A stretch of DNA of 63,772 nucleotides, counting the filler, from Folioceros fuciformis (Eukaryota), in NCBI GenBank assembly GCA_049999805.1. It is 7 parts of 7 records of this genome, joined end to end, with 100 filler letters (N's around TTAATTAATTAA, not from the genome) between each part and the next. Parts side by side here need not be neighbours in the genome. Positions count along the whole stretch, not along the records: positions 25,824 to 47,842 come from JBNGIO010006101.1; 6 more parts are not named here. One strand, written 5' to 3'. Position numbers and translations under genes: made by a program. A model generated the notes under the pieces. It made no database searches. It saw only the letters and a program-made list of their open reading frames with translations, and was not told the origin of the DNA. Of the stretch, positions 36,445-47,942 are shown in pieces. How positions within the stretch are numbered: the stretch's first letter is position 1; each line of letters starts with the position of its first letter.

Positions 36445-37524
36445 ATGCTAGCACAGAAGGAAGCGGAGGGGGACATCCCGGGAGACAGGCTCATCCAAGA
36501 TGGAGACATGGTGGTGGTTTACGAGAGGCACGACCGGATGAAAGTGGTGACGGTGAAGAAGGACGCAAAGCTGCAGAACCGATTCGGTGTGTTCGACCAC
36601 AAGGATTGGATCGGCAAGGCGTTCGGATGCAAGGTGGTGGGTTCCAACGGGAAGTCGTTTGTGCACTTGCTGGCGCCAAATCCGGAGCTCTGGACCCTAT
36701 CTCTGCCGCACAGGACGCAGATCCTGTATGTGGCAGACATCAGCTTGGTGATAGCCCATCTGGAGCTTCGACCTGGAAGCATCGTGCTGGAATCTGGGAC
36801 AGGGAGCGGGTCCTTGACAACATCCTTGGCCCGGGCTGTGGCTCCCACGGGCCATGTGCACACTTTCGACTTCCATGAACAACGATGTGAAGCTGCTAGG
36901 GAAGACTTCAGCCGCAACGGGCTGGGCAAATTGGTGACGGCCTACAAGCGGGACATTCAGGGGGCGGGCTTTCCTGAGGAGTTCAGCAACCAGTGCGATG
37001 CTGTTTTCCTGGACCTACCGCAGCCATGGCTAGCAGTACCATCGGTGTCCATATGCCTGAGATGGGGTGGGGTCATCTGCTCGTTCTCTCCTTGCATAGA
37101 GCAAGTCCAGCGTACAGCCTCGGCTCTCAGGGACCACAAATTGACAGGTACGTGTTCGATTCAGTTCATGGGCATTTGCGCTTTCGTGCAACCGACTACT
37201 GGGTGGGTGGTTGATGGGTGGCTTCCATTCCGACATGCCCTTGCAGACATCAGGACATTCGAAATTCTGCTTCGAACATACGAGGTTCAAAGGGTGGCTC
37301 CGGATGCAGTCCCACCCGTGGACAGAGCCGTCGTCCACAGGAACTCGTCCACGTCGCCGCCTCCAAAGAGGATTTGCTTGGCTGGTGCTGAGGACAATCC
37401 TGGTTCAGCTGGAAATGACACACGGGGCACAAACATAAATCCGTTGCGATCTATTATGGCCAGACCATGCTCTGAAACCAAGGGGCACACGGGGTATCTC
37501 ACGACAAGCACTGCCTCCACTTGA
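36445..37524 (+). CDS. TRM61: tRNA (adenine58-N1)-methyltransferase catalytic subunit; probable intron 37148-37246
   Basis: PELWTLSLPHRTQILY, VLESGTGSGS, DAVFLDLPQPW, SFSPCIEQV and HTGYLT. Confidence 0.95.
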   Translation: MLAQKEAEGDIPGDRLIQDGDMVVVYERHDRMKVVTVKKDAKLQNRFGVFDHKDWIGKAFGCKVVGSNGKSFVHLLAPNPELWTLSLPHRTQILYVADISLVIAHLELRPGSIVLESGTGSGSLTTSLARAVAPTGHVHTFDFHEQRCEAAREDFSRNGLGKLVTAYKRDIQGAGFPEEFSNQCDAVFLDLPQPWLAVPSVSICLRWGGVICSFSPCIEQVQRTASALRDHKLTGTCSIQFMGICAFVQPTTGWVVDGWLPFRHALADIRTFEILLRTYEVQRVAPDAVPPVDRAVVHRNSSTSPPPKRICLAGAEDNPGSAGNDTRGTNINPLRSIMARPCSETKGHTGYLTTSTAST

Positions 37525-38046
37525 TATTCCTGTAGCACGCCTTGTCTGATTTCATTGTCCTTTTGTCCGCGGAACAGTTGTATTTTTTTTTTCTTTCTTT
37601 CCTTCTCTTTTGGAGAAGTTTCTGGATGATGGAGCGAAGTTGGAGGGAGACGCACAGCTGATTCGCAATTGTGACGTTCGTGGTACGGGGGGATGACAGC
37701 TTTCATGACCTCACATGTTGTCTGAGGGAGGGAACCGTCACCCATGTCGGAAATTGACGACGCTACCAAATTAAAAAGCGACAAGGGATTTGATCGAGAG
37801 AGTACTCAACCTTTGCAACTTACAAGATGCTGAAGAAGCACGGATACTATAGCAGATAGAAGTTTAGCAAGCCGATGTTGGCAACGAGAGCACAAGTAGG
37901 GGGCAAATTTGTAACGTGATACGCAGTCTGTAAAGAGACTGCAGAAGATTACAGAAGGTATGTAAAGTAAGACCCCTGGAATGGCACCGTCGAAGGACTT
38001 TACATGCGAGGTATGTACAGGGAAGGCAGCAACCTGGATGGGGCGC

Positions 38047-40092
38047 TCACTGCTCCGAGATATGGAAGCCCGAGGATCGAAAAGTGACCACAAAGTTGGG
38101 AGCATCTTCCCGGGGACCGGCAAGGGACCTGTAGAGGTAGAGCTTGGACACGACAGGCTTCTCCTCGCTGGGCCAGTCGTCCTCTTTCATGATCTCCACG
38201 TTGAGGAGGGGTAGCCTTGTTGCCAGGTATCTGCACCCATGATAGGTGACATTGCAGTTGGACATCCACAGGAAGCGCATCGACTCGAACCGTTCGATGC
38301 CAGTGAGCAGGGCCCCATCCCCAAGAGGAGCGTCCCGGATCTCCAACTTGCGGAGCTTAGGGCAGCCTTCCAACACATACTTCATCGCCATATCGCTCTC
38401 TGCAGCGAAAGCTACAGATAGAGTCCGTAAACCCTTTCCATACTTCCCGATGTACGCAAACGCTCTGTCAGTGAGCAGGCCGGAGACAGCCAAGCGTCTC
38501 AGATGCTTGCAGTGCATGACGATCGCTCCGAAGCCCTCATCCATTGGCTCCCCAGTAGCACAATCGGGTAGCCGAGGTGTGATGATGCACAGGCGGAAGC
38601 GAGTGATGAGAGGGCATTTCCTGGCCATGATGTGGACGGCGTCATTGGTCATCTGCTTGCAAAAGTAGAGTATGGAGGAGAGCTTGGGGCAACCATGGGC
38701 GATGGAAATGAACCCCTCCTCCGTGACCAAGCCCGGCATTCCGCCATTCTCTTGCATGGGATAGACACGCAGCTCTTGCAAATTGGGGCAATAGCGACCC
38801 ACTGCCATGAGCCCCTCATCCCCGACGAAGTCCAGCATCTGGATAGGTGACACATGGAAAACAGAGCGCAAGAGGATGAGATTAAATCGGGAGCGAGCTC
38901 CAGGTGTTCCAGCCGTGCAGAAGGCGAAGAGAAGAAAGCAAGGGACTCACCGAGAGCTTCTCCAGGTTGTGGCAGCGCGACATGAGATTCTGGAACTCCG
39001 GGGGATGGACAGCCACGTAGCTGATGTCAAGCGAGATAAGGTTGGGAAAGACCGAGAGCATAGCACCGAGGTGGGATGGCGTCAAGTCCCAGCGGATGGA
39101 GAGCCTCCGCAATGCGGTGCAGTTCTTGATGGCGGCATCCAAGCCCGTGATGGAGGAGGTGGAGGTGACGTCATGAGAGCCGGTGCCGAGCTCCACCAAC
39201 TGCGGAGCCCGGTGCAAGATGGCCGGGAGGTGCTCCATGGACACCCCCTTGCTCACGTTGAGGCTCCTGAGATTGGGGCACCTAGCAACAAGGCTCCTGA
39301 GCGCGTCGTGGTTGACATCCGAGTCGGAGTTGATGGCAAAATTGAGAGTCTCGAGCGAGATGGAGGAGTCGGGAAACGCCTCGAGCCAGCACGGCTCCGG
39401 CTCCTCGCTGCTGATCGTAATGTTCTCTTGAAGGTCAAGTTGCGTGAGATGCCTGCGCCAAACGGGGGTGGGGGAAGAAGGAGCATAGCAAAACCAGAGC
39501 ACTCAGAGCTTGGCACCAGTAGGGGTAGAAGCGAAAGGCGGGGGGGGGATCTGAATGCGGGCTATCCGGACCCGGACCAATAACCTAACGAGCAAACAAA
39601 CAAATAGAGGAAGGAGGTTGGAAGCGACATATACCGACAATGGCGCGCAATGGTGGCCAACCCTCTGACGCTAAAGCCTTCGCAGGTGGTGAGCACCAGC
39701 ACCTTGAAAGCCGGGAAGGAGGTAGCAATGAGTTCCAGACTTTCATCCGTGACGAGCATGCGCTTGAAGCGCAGTTCCTCCAGCTGCGAGCACTCCTTGG
39801 CGAGGCGCAGCACCCAGGGATAGACACTGGCCCCCCAGTCGGCTGGCACGAGGCCGAAATCCGAAAATCTTGGCTTCCCCTTGAGCGTGACGGCCTTGAG
39901 CTTGGGGAACCTGGCGGTGACCACTTCCGGTGACACGGCGTAGCAGTTTCCGATGAAGACGTGGCGGCGGCTCCATCGCTCCGCCCTGTACCAGGCCTGG
40001 CACACGAGCGACACGCTGTTGCGGTCCTTGTGCGACGTGAGGAACACCAGCACATGCTCGAGCACCTCGTCGGGGAAGAAGAGCGGGGGCAT
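38047..40092 (-). CDS. TIR1: TIR1/AFB auxin co-receptor F-box-LRR protein; exons 40092-39635, 39452-38951, 38838-38047 (583 aa)
   Basis: [51 protein letters not shown] and [12 protein letters not shown] introns in consistent phase. Confidence 0.95.
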
Positions 40093-41677
40093 CTCGGGAT
40101 CCAGCTTTTCCAGACCTTGCTCCGTGCTTCTTCCTCTTCTTCTTCTTCAACGTCTTCTCGAAACTCCTCGTTCGTTCCTTCGTTCGTTCGATCGTTCACT
40201 CGTTCCTCCCCCTCCCACCTCCTCCTNNNNNNNNNNNNNNNNNNNNNNNNNNNNNNNNNNNNNNNNNNNNNNNNNNNNNNNNNNNNNNNNNNNNNNNNNN
40301 NNNNNNNNNNNNNNNNNNNNNNNNNNACTCTGCCGCCGCCATCTCCGGGCCTCCCAACCTGTAGAGCCCCCTGTTGCGGCGGCAGCGCATGCAAAGGCGC
40401 TCCAGCATCTCTTCTCCTCCTCGTCACCCTCCCTTCTCTTCTCCTCCTTCCCCCCTTGAGCTCCACCGGGCGCGAGACGCGGTCGCCTCAGGAGACGCGA
40501 CTCGCCCAAAGCAAGAGCAAGGGCGCGGAGCGAGAGCGGCAGACGGAGCAGGAGGCCCAGACGAGAGGAGTGGAGAAGGCGATCATCTTTGGGCAGACTC
40601 CGCGATGCATAGCGCGGGGGAAGGAAGAGGCGGAGGCGAGGAGCAGGCACGGTAGAGAGGTGGAAAGAGACAGAGGCCAGAGGGAGAGAGCGAGGGAGAG
40701 GGAGAGGAAGATGCAAAGTACAGGTCCAGCCCAACGCAGGGGCAGCAGGACACAAGTGGTGGCATCAGCCAAGTTGTTGAGCATTAGTGACTGAGTATCG
40801 CCGGTCACCGTCCGCCCTCACCCGAAGCTGTCGAAGTGGTTTTACCGCAGCCCGGCCATTTCCATTCAATACCCTTCTCATCATTTGCGCACACAACACA
40901 CGCAGACCATTTTGTACAATTGTGGTACACTTCCAGTGCTTTCCCGGCATGGGGCCGTGCAACGTCGGGCCGGGCCGGCCCGGCCCGGCCCGGCCGGGGC
41001 TGAATAATCCGGTCGAGCGGCTCCTGCTCCGGCTGGGACTCCGGCACCGATCCGGGAACTCCCAAGTACGGGCCGGCCCGGGCCAGGTCTGGTCTGGCCC
41101 GGCCTAATTAATCAAAAATGATTGGAGAGTCAGTCCCCTTCTCAGTCCAATTAACAACAGCTGTCTCGCCCAACTTCAAGGGACACAGAAGTTGAATGAG
41201 TTCAGAGCTGAGAGAGTTGATGAGATCATAAAAATGGTGGCGAGGCCCGGGCCGGGCCTCCGCCCCGATCCACGTCCAGGCGTGCGCTACGGCACCGGCA
41301 CGGGCGTTTTGTCGCGACATGGCGTGCCCGCATCCGGCGGCAGCTTCCGCCTTGGGATAGTCGTGGAACGCCTAAACTCACGCATTATGGGGCCTAAATT
41401 TATTCGCACGCCCAAAGTGGGCTCCAGTGGGCCAAGTGGCTCGCCCCAGGGACAAATTAAACATTTAGGATGGCTGGATGGACGGCTGGATGGCTGTATG
41501 GATGGACGGCTGGATGGATGCATCGATCACGGACTGCACACGCACATGTATGGATGTACAAATGAGGATATTTGTTATAAATTTTAGGGCAGCAGCAAAA
41601 AGACGGAAGCCGAAATTGGGCCGGGCAGCGCATGCGTGGAGGTGTAGGAAGTGGGCGACCGTAGTCGGCCTGATCCT

Positions 41678-41766
41678 CAGCCTGCGCCTGAGCCTGAGCA
41701 TGGGGCTGAGCCTGAGCCTGAGCCTGGGCCTGAGGCTGCGCCTGCGCCTGAGCCTGCGCCTGCGCC
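41678..41766. repeat. Hexanucleotide repeat (GCCTGA/GCCTGC)n
   Basis: Visible imperfect array. Confidence 0.8.
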
Positions 41767-44700
41767 CCTTGGCCAACTTTGAATGAGAGCAAAAGGGAGG
41801 TCAAAATAAGTCAGGGGGTTGAGTGGTCCCCGCCATCTCCAGCCCCCCACCCCCCATCCCTTGTCCATTGGCCTGCTTGCTTCCATTGTTAATCCACCCC
41901 TTGTCGCCTTGCGTCCTTGTTTTGGACGTGTCCGGCCTGGAAGGTTTTCTTCGCGCTGCTCTTCCTCCTCGCCTCTTTGCCCATCTTTCTACTATGCCCT
42001 GCGTACTAGAAGTGAGAGTCGTTGGGTTTCTCCAATCCTCTACGGACTCAAATCCTCTTCTATCCCTCAAGTTCGGAACGAGTAAACGTTTCTATCCCCT
42101 ATGCCTTCTAAAGTGAATGTACTTTAGAGGAATAGAAGAGTTGTATAAATGAATTGTACCCAAGTACCAACAACCTCTGATTTACATAGCTGGCTGCCTG
42201 GGCGCAAAGTGTGAAGATGTGAGAACTCCGTGACCACAATGATAATGCAGCAGTAGCAACCGTGGCATCGGTGTCAAGAGTGGCAACCGTGGCATCGGTG
42301 TCAGCAACAACATAGCAGAGATGCAACCAGTCAGATGAAGCAAAGCAGGAACCAACCAGACACAACCATCGTGATGCAGCAAAGCAATAACCAACCAAAC
42401 ACAACTAGCGAGATGTAGCAGAGCAGCAACCAACCAAAAGCAACTAGCCACATGCAACAGAGCAGCAACCAATCAAACACAACCGGCCTAATGCCACAAA
42501 GCAACAACCAATCAAACACAACCAACCAGATGCAACAGAACAGCAACCAATCAAATACAACCAGCCAAATGGAACTGAGCAGCAATCTACTAGAAGCAAT
42601 AGCCATTAGTGGAGTTGAGTCAGTAGTCAGGAGAAGTCAGGGAATGTGTCAGCAACTAGTGGAGTTGAGTCAGTTGTCAGGAGTAAGGAGAACAAGTACT
42701 CCGTAAGGTCATGTGAGTGTGCAAGCTTAAGGGGAGGGAGGGATTGGGGATGTTGGGAGGAGGGTAACAATGACCGGTGCACCTCCGGTCACCGACGAAT
42801 TGATGGATGGCAATCCATGTAGCGTATGAGGGCTATGTACATACATGGAGTAAGTTCTAGTGTACATGACATTGTATTGGATGGTTAGATAGATACTGTA
42901 TGGTTGCTATCGTGGATGAGGTATGTACTATACCATAGTGTACTAGTCTTGCGGAGCCTTCAAGCTTTTGCCGCGTGTATGTCCTTTGTCCTTTGGTCAG
43001 GTAGTACTAAGTACCGAGAAAGTACTTGGGACGGGTGATTGCAATGGATGGCGAAACCTGACCCACATTCTCGATGATACGACACGATATGACATGACAT
43101 GACATTACGTAACAAGAGCTAAGAGCACGCAGAGCCGCCAAGTGTTACTACTACAGTATGGTACGCGTGCACTTGTTTGCTGCAACACGCAATCTCTTTC
43201 CTTTCCTTGTCTTTCTTTAGTGACATAGTGTGCATTTGTATACGGATATCCTCCCCTTTCTTTCCTTTCCTTTCCTTTCCTCTCCTTCCTTGTCTTGTCT
43301 TGTCTTGTCTTGTCTCTTTTGGTTGTGCATTTGTTGCGTGGAAGCTACTGAGCATGTACGTTATCTACTTTGGTGTGCAATGGAGTGTACAGCGTACTGA
43401 ATAGTGCAGTGCAAGCAGCTTTCTTAAAAGCCAAAGAGGCTCATGAGATGACGTCAAGTCTGCACCTTCTCTTTTCTTCTCCTGTCTTGTCGTGTCTTGT
43501 GTCTTATCTTTGCTTGTACAATGCAATACATACCTATAGACATAGCTATCCTTGAAACCCAAGAGATGTGTGCTGTGACACAGGAAGCCTATCTTGTACA
43601 ACACAATAGATATGTAGCTATCGTGAACCCCAAGAGAAAACGTGTGGTGTGACACTAGAAGGCTGGCATCACGCCTCTGCAAAGATGTGCAGTAAGTGTG
43701 TGTGCCTGTATGAAACATGTGGCATCTGCAGGTCTGACAACAACACATCTGATGCAACACTCCTGGTCCCTGAGTGAGAAGCCCGGGTAACCTTAAATCT
43801 TCACCGAATCCTAATTCACATGAATGGGTGGAGGTTGTTTGCTTTGTTTGATGAAGTGAAAAGAGTTAAGCAATGCGGGTGGCGTGGGTGCGAGTGAGGC
43901 GTGGTGTGGGCTGCACGGCAGGTGCGGTTGCTGCTTCCAGGATGGAGATACCAACAGTAGGCTATGTGGAAAATAGGAAAATGAGGGTGGTGAGGTAAGG
44001 GAGTTAAACTATAAGGGAAGGGAGGCATGGCAGAGAGGGGGGCAGGACAGGCGTAAGCGGAAGATCCATTCCCCATTTTCCTTCCCATTTTTATCCCAAT
44101 CCCGATTGGAAGCGGGGCGCGCGAGGAGGAGGCTGGGGGTCACGCGTGATGCCATGCCCACACTTGAAGATTCGCGCGTGCGCTCCCTGTTCCCTGCCCT
44201 CCTGCCTCCCTGGCTGCCTGGCTCCCTGCTGCTGCTGCTGCTGCTGCTACTCCTCCCTGTGGGGCCGCCAGTCGCCCATCATCCATCCATCCATCCATCC
44301 ATCCGTCTGTCTGTTCTCCTTGATTAACTACTCACGCTCTTCACTGCCCTAATACCACCCGAACATAACATAACAGCAGGGAAGAGCAGAGAAGAGAAGA
44401 GAACTGAACTGAAGAGACCATGACATGCAGTGATGCAGGCTCCCTATGGAAGCCGCGTACGTGGTATGGTAACGGAGGGTAAGTGTACAGCATGTACAGT
44501 TTCCAGATAAGATAAGGTAAAGTAAATTAATGCGGCGCACATCACACCACACGGTCGCACCACAGCACAACAAACCTTGAAACAAAAACACAAGAAAATA
44601 ACGAAAGAAAGAAGGAAAGAAAAGGAAAGATAGAGAGATAGAGAGAAGGCCCGCTTCCCACCCCTCTAATCATTGTGGCCAGTAAGGCAAGGCAAGGCAA

Positions 44701-45057
44701 GGCCAACCCCCGTCGGTTCCCCCCCAATAGCTATGGCCCTGCACNNNNNNNNNNNNNNNNNNNNNNNNNNNNNNNNNNNNNNNNNNNNNNNNNNNNNNNN
44801 NNNNNNNNNNNNNNNNNNNNNNNNNNNNNNNNNNNNNNNNNNNNGCCCTGCACTGCCCTGGCTGCCAAATTCTTTGGATGCGGCCCGGATCGGGCCGCCA
44901 CAGCCCCCCTGCTGCTCTTGTCCGTCTGGGGTACTGACTTCCGTTGCCAACCGCTGCCCTGCAATCTGCCGCCCACCATACCATACCATGCCGTAACGTA
45001 ACATAAAGATAACATAACAAAATATACCATACCATACCGTACCATAAAATAAGGTAC

Positions 45058-45171
45058 CATAACATAACATAACATAACATAACATAACATAACATAACAT
45101 AACATAACATAACATAACATAACATAACATAACATAACATAACATAACATAACATAACATAACATAACATA
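45058..45171. repeat. (CATAA)n pentanucleotide microsatellite, about 22 units
   Basis: Perfect array. Confidence 0.97.
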
Positions 45172-47842
45172 GGACAGAATAACACAAGAGAGGAGAGGAA
45201 TGGAGAGGGTGTGGTGTTCCCGGAAGGCTGGGCCTGGGAGAGGGAGGGAGGCCCATGCCTTGCCTGATTATTGNNNNNNNNNNNNNNNNNNNNNNNNNNN
45301 NNNNNNNNNNNNNNNNNNNNNNNNNNNNNNNNNNNNNNNNNNNNNNNNNNNNNNNNNNNNNNNNNNNNNNNNNATGATTTGCAGCATCCAGGGCCCAGGA
45401 CCCCAGTGTGCACCGCCCAGGCCTGGTACCAGGGCTCCTGGCTCCTGGCTCCGGGGCCGAGGCCCGGACCCGGACCTAGCCCGGTCCGGGCCGGACCTCA
45501 GGTGGGCAGGGCAGGGCAGGGCAGGGCAGGCCAGGCCAGGCCAGGCCAGACCAGGCCAGGCTAGTGCAGGACCGGCGTGTCGCTACTATAGCATTATTTA
45601 TGATTCCAATTCTATATGCATACAAGTACCAGTTGGCCAAATGCCCATGGAATTTGTGTGTTGTGTGCTGAGTGTGGGTGTGTGGGGGTGTAGCAACGCA
45701 TATGCGGAAATGGGTAGATTAATGCCACCTGCTTGCCTACGCTACGCTATGCTATGCCCTGGCTCCTCACAATAGTATTAATTAATAGGGCAATTGGGGA
45801 TGGTGGAAGGAAGAAGCAATCCCATCCGGGGAGACGAAGGCAAGGCTTGCATTGCCTGGCTGCTTCTGGCCTGGCCTGGCCTTCCCAACCCTAGGGACCC
45901 AGCCTCGGTTCAGCCTCGGAGCCGGACCGTGATTAGCAGCAGCCGGCACGGGATCGCAGGCCGGGCGGGCAGGAGCCATGTGATCACGTTCCCGGCTTAG
46001 CAGCGCACCAGGTGGGGCCCGCCTCCCGGAGTGCGCTCCCAACGGGACCCCCGCCCCACCCCACTCCACTCCACTCCACTCCACTCCACGCCCCGTTGAG
46101 TTACGCCGCGGCCCGGCGAAACTCCATTACGTAACGGCAGCAGGCAGCGGGCAGCGGGCAGCGGACACCGGACAAACTTCTTGTGTTTGTAAAGGAAAAG
46201 CAGGCCCGGCCTTGCCTGGCCTGGCCTGACGCTCGGTTGGTGGAGGAGGCAGCCTGTCGCCGTCCGCGCCACACCCACACAACCACACTTATAAATCAAA
46301 AAGGAAACGAAAGCAAACGAAAGTAAAAGAGGCGGAGCGGGCCGGGCCGGGCCGGGCCGGGCCGTGAGTTGACGTGAAATGAAATTGTGCGGTGAGTCGG
46401 GGAACGCGTGGAGATGGAACGGAAGAGAACGGAATGGGGCCCAGAACGGTACATCCTGCAGCTGCCTGACGTTACAAGTTACGGGGGGTGTGACCCGTGG
46501 GCAAGGGACGTCTTAAATAGGGAGGGAGGGAAGGAGGGCTTGCTCTTTGCTCTTGCCCTTGCCCTTTGCCCACCCGGGTGGTGAATGAAGTTTGAAAGAT
46601 GGGTCCAGGTCAAGGCTGACATCAGCCAGCGGGTCAGTGTGTACTGCCACCGGGGACAGCGTGACGGCGTACACGTCACCCGGCGAGTTGGGCCTGTACC
46701 GACACGGCCGGTATTGAATGCGGTTGTTGCGACCGGGCGGCTCAGCCCGGCTCGGTCCGGACCGGCTTGGACCTGCCCGGTCCGGACCGGNNNNNNNNNN
46801 NNNNNNNNNNNNNNNNNNNNNNNNNNNNNNNNNNNNNNNNNNNNNNNNNNNNNNNNNNNNNNNNNNNNNNNNNNNNNNNNNNNNNNNNNNGGACCCTGTG
46901 GCCCCGCGGTCGCCCTCCACATCAAGGCCTCTCTCTCTTTCACACTGAAATGCAATGCCCCAGCTCGATTTCGTTTTGTGAGGTTTTTATTGGACCGGCC
47001 CCAGAAACAGCCTCCCGCAACCGGCACGGTCGGGGACACGTGACGGTGGATCTCGCCTAGCCCGATGGCGCGCCAGGCGTGCCATTCGCCTTGTCCTATT
47101 CGCCCAACTTGCGCACCGCCAGCTCTCCACTAGGCCCTCAGGGCCTGCCTGCCGTCTCCCGTTCTCGTATGCTCCATCTCGTCTCGTCTCGTCCCGTCCC
47201 GTTTATTCCATTCCATTCCATTCCCGTCCCGTTCCGANNNNNNNNNNNNNNNNNNNNNNNNNNNNNNNNNNNNNNNNNNNNNNNNNNNNNNNNNNNNNNN
47301 NNNNNNNNNNNNNNNNNNNNNNNNNNNNNNNNNNNNNCCCAGCCCAGCCCGTGGGCGACTGCCGGTCGCCAGTCGCCGTGCCCAATGATTGCATAGCGGA
47401 AAACACACAGAATCTCCAGCTATTTGATCGAGTATGTTTGACTTGACAGTGGACGCGGTCCGACACGCCTTTACCGTAAGGTAACAGAGCGGGATTAAGG
47501 GCTCCATCATCCATGGAATGGATGGAATGCACTGCGATGCAATGCAATGAATGGCTGGATGGACGGACGGAGAAACCGACGAACGGGCGCCCAGATACAG
47601 ATCATCCACATGTACGTACTTGAGGCAAGTATGTATGTATATATGTATGTATGTACATATTGATGATGTGCAGCGTAGCGGGACATGGATCTGTTCAGTA
47701 TTGTACGGGCCTGACCAGGGGTTATTTTTAATGCCGCCTACGCCTAACGGAACCAGTGGGGCCCTGCAGCTGCGCTTCATCATTTACGTCCATTTATAGC
47801 GCAGATGTTGCAGGCCTGCTGCATGTGCCGGTACCCGTGTTA

Positions 47843-47942
47843 NNNNNNNNNNNNNNNNNNNNNNNNNNNNNNNNNNNNNNNNNNNNTTAATTAATTAANN
47901 NNNNNNNNNNNNNNNNNNNNNNNNNNNNNNNNNNNNNNNNNN
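47843..47942. other. Artificial scaffold linker
   Basis: N-run + TTAATTAATTAA + N-run. Confidence 0.97.

Noticed and set aside
38262-38290. miR393 target position in TIR1
   Set aside because: GAGTCGATGCGCTTCCTGTGGA differs at about 5 positions from the canonical site, so it is not a credible target.
44849-44865. Partial resemblance to miR408
   Set aside because: Only a 9-nt contiguous match, next to a gap, with no hairpin support.
40147-47783. ORFs such as (MLCYV)n, (AQ)n and gap-spanning ORFs
   Set aside because: They are translations of microsatellites and N-runs with no coding signature.
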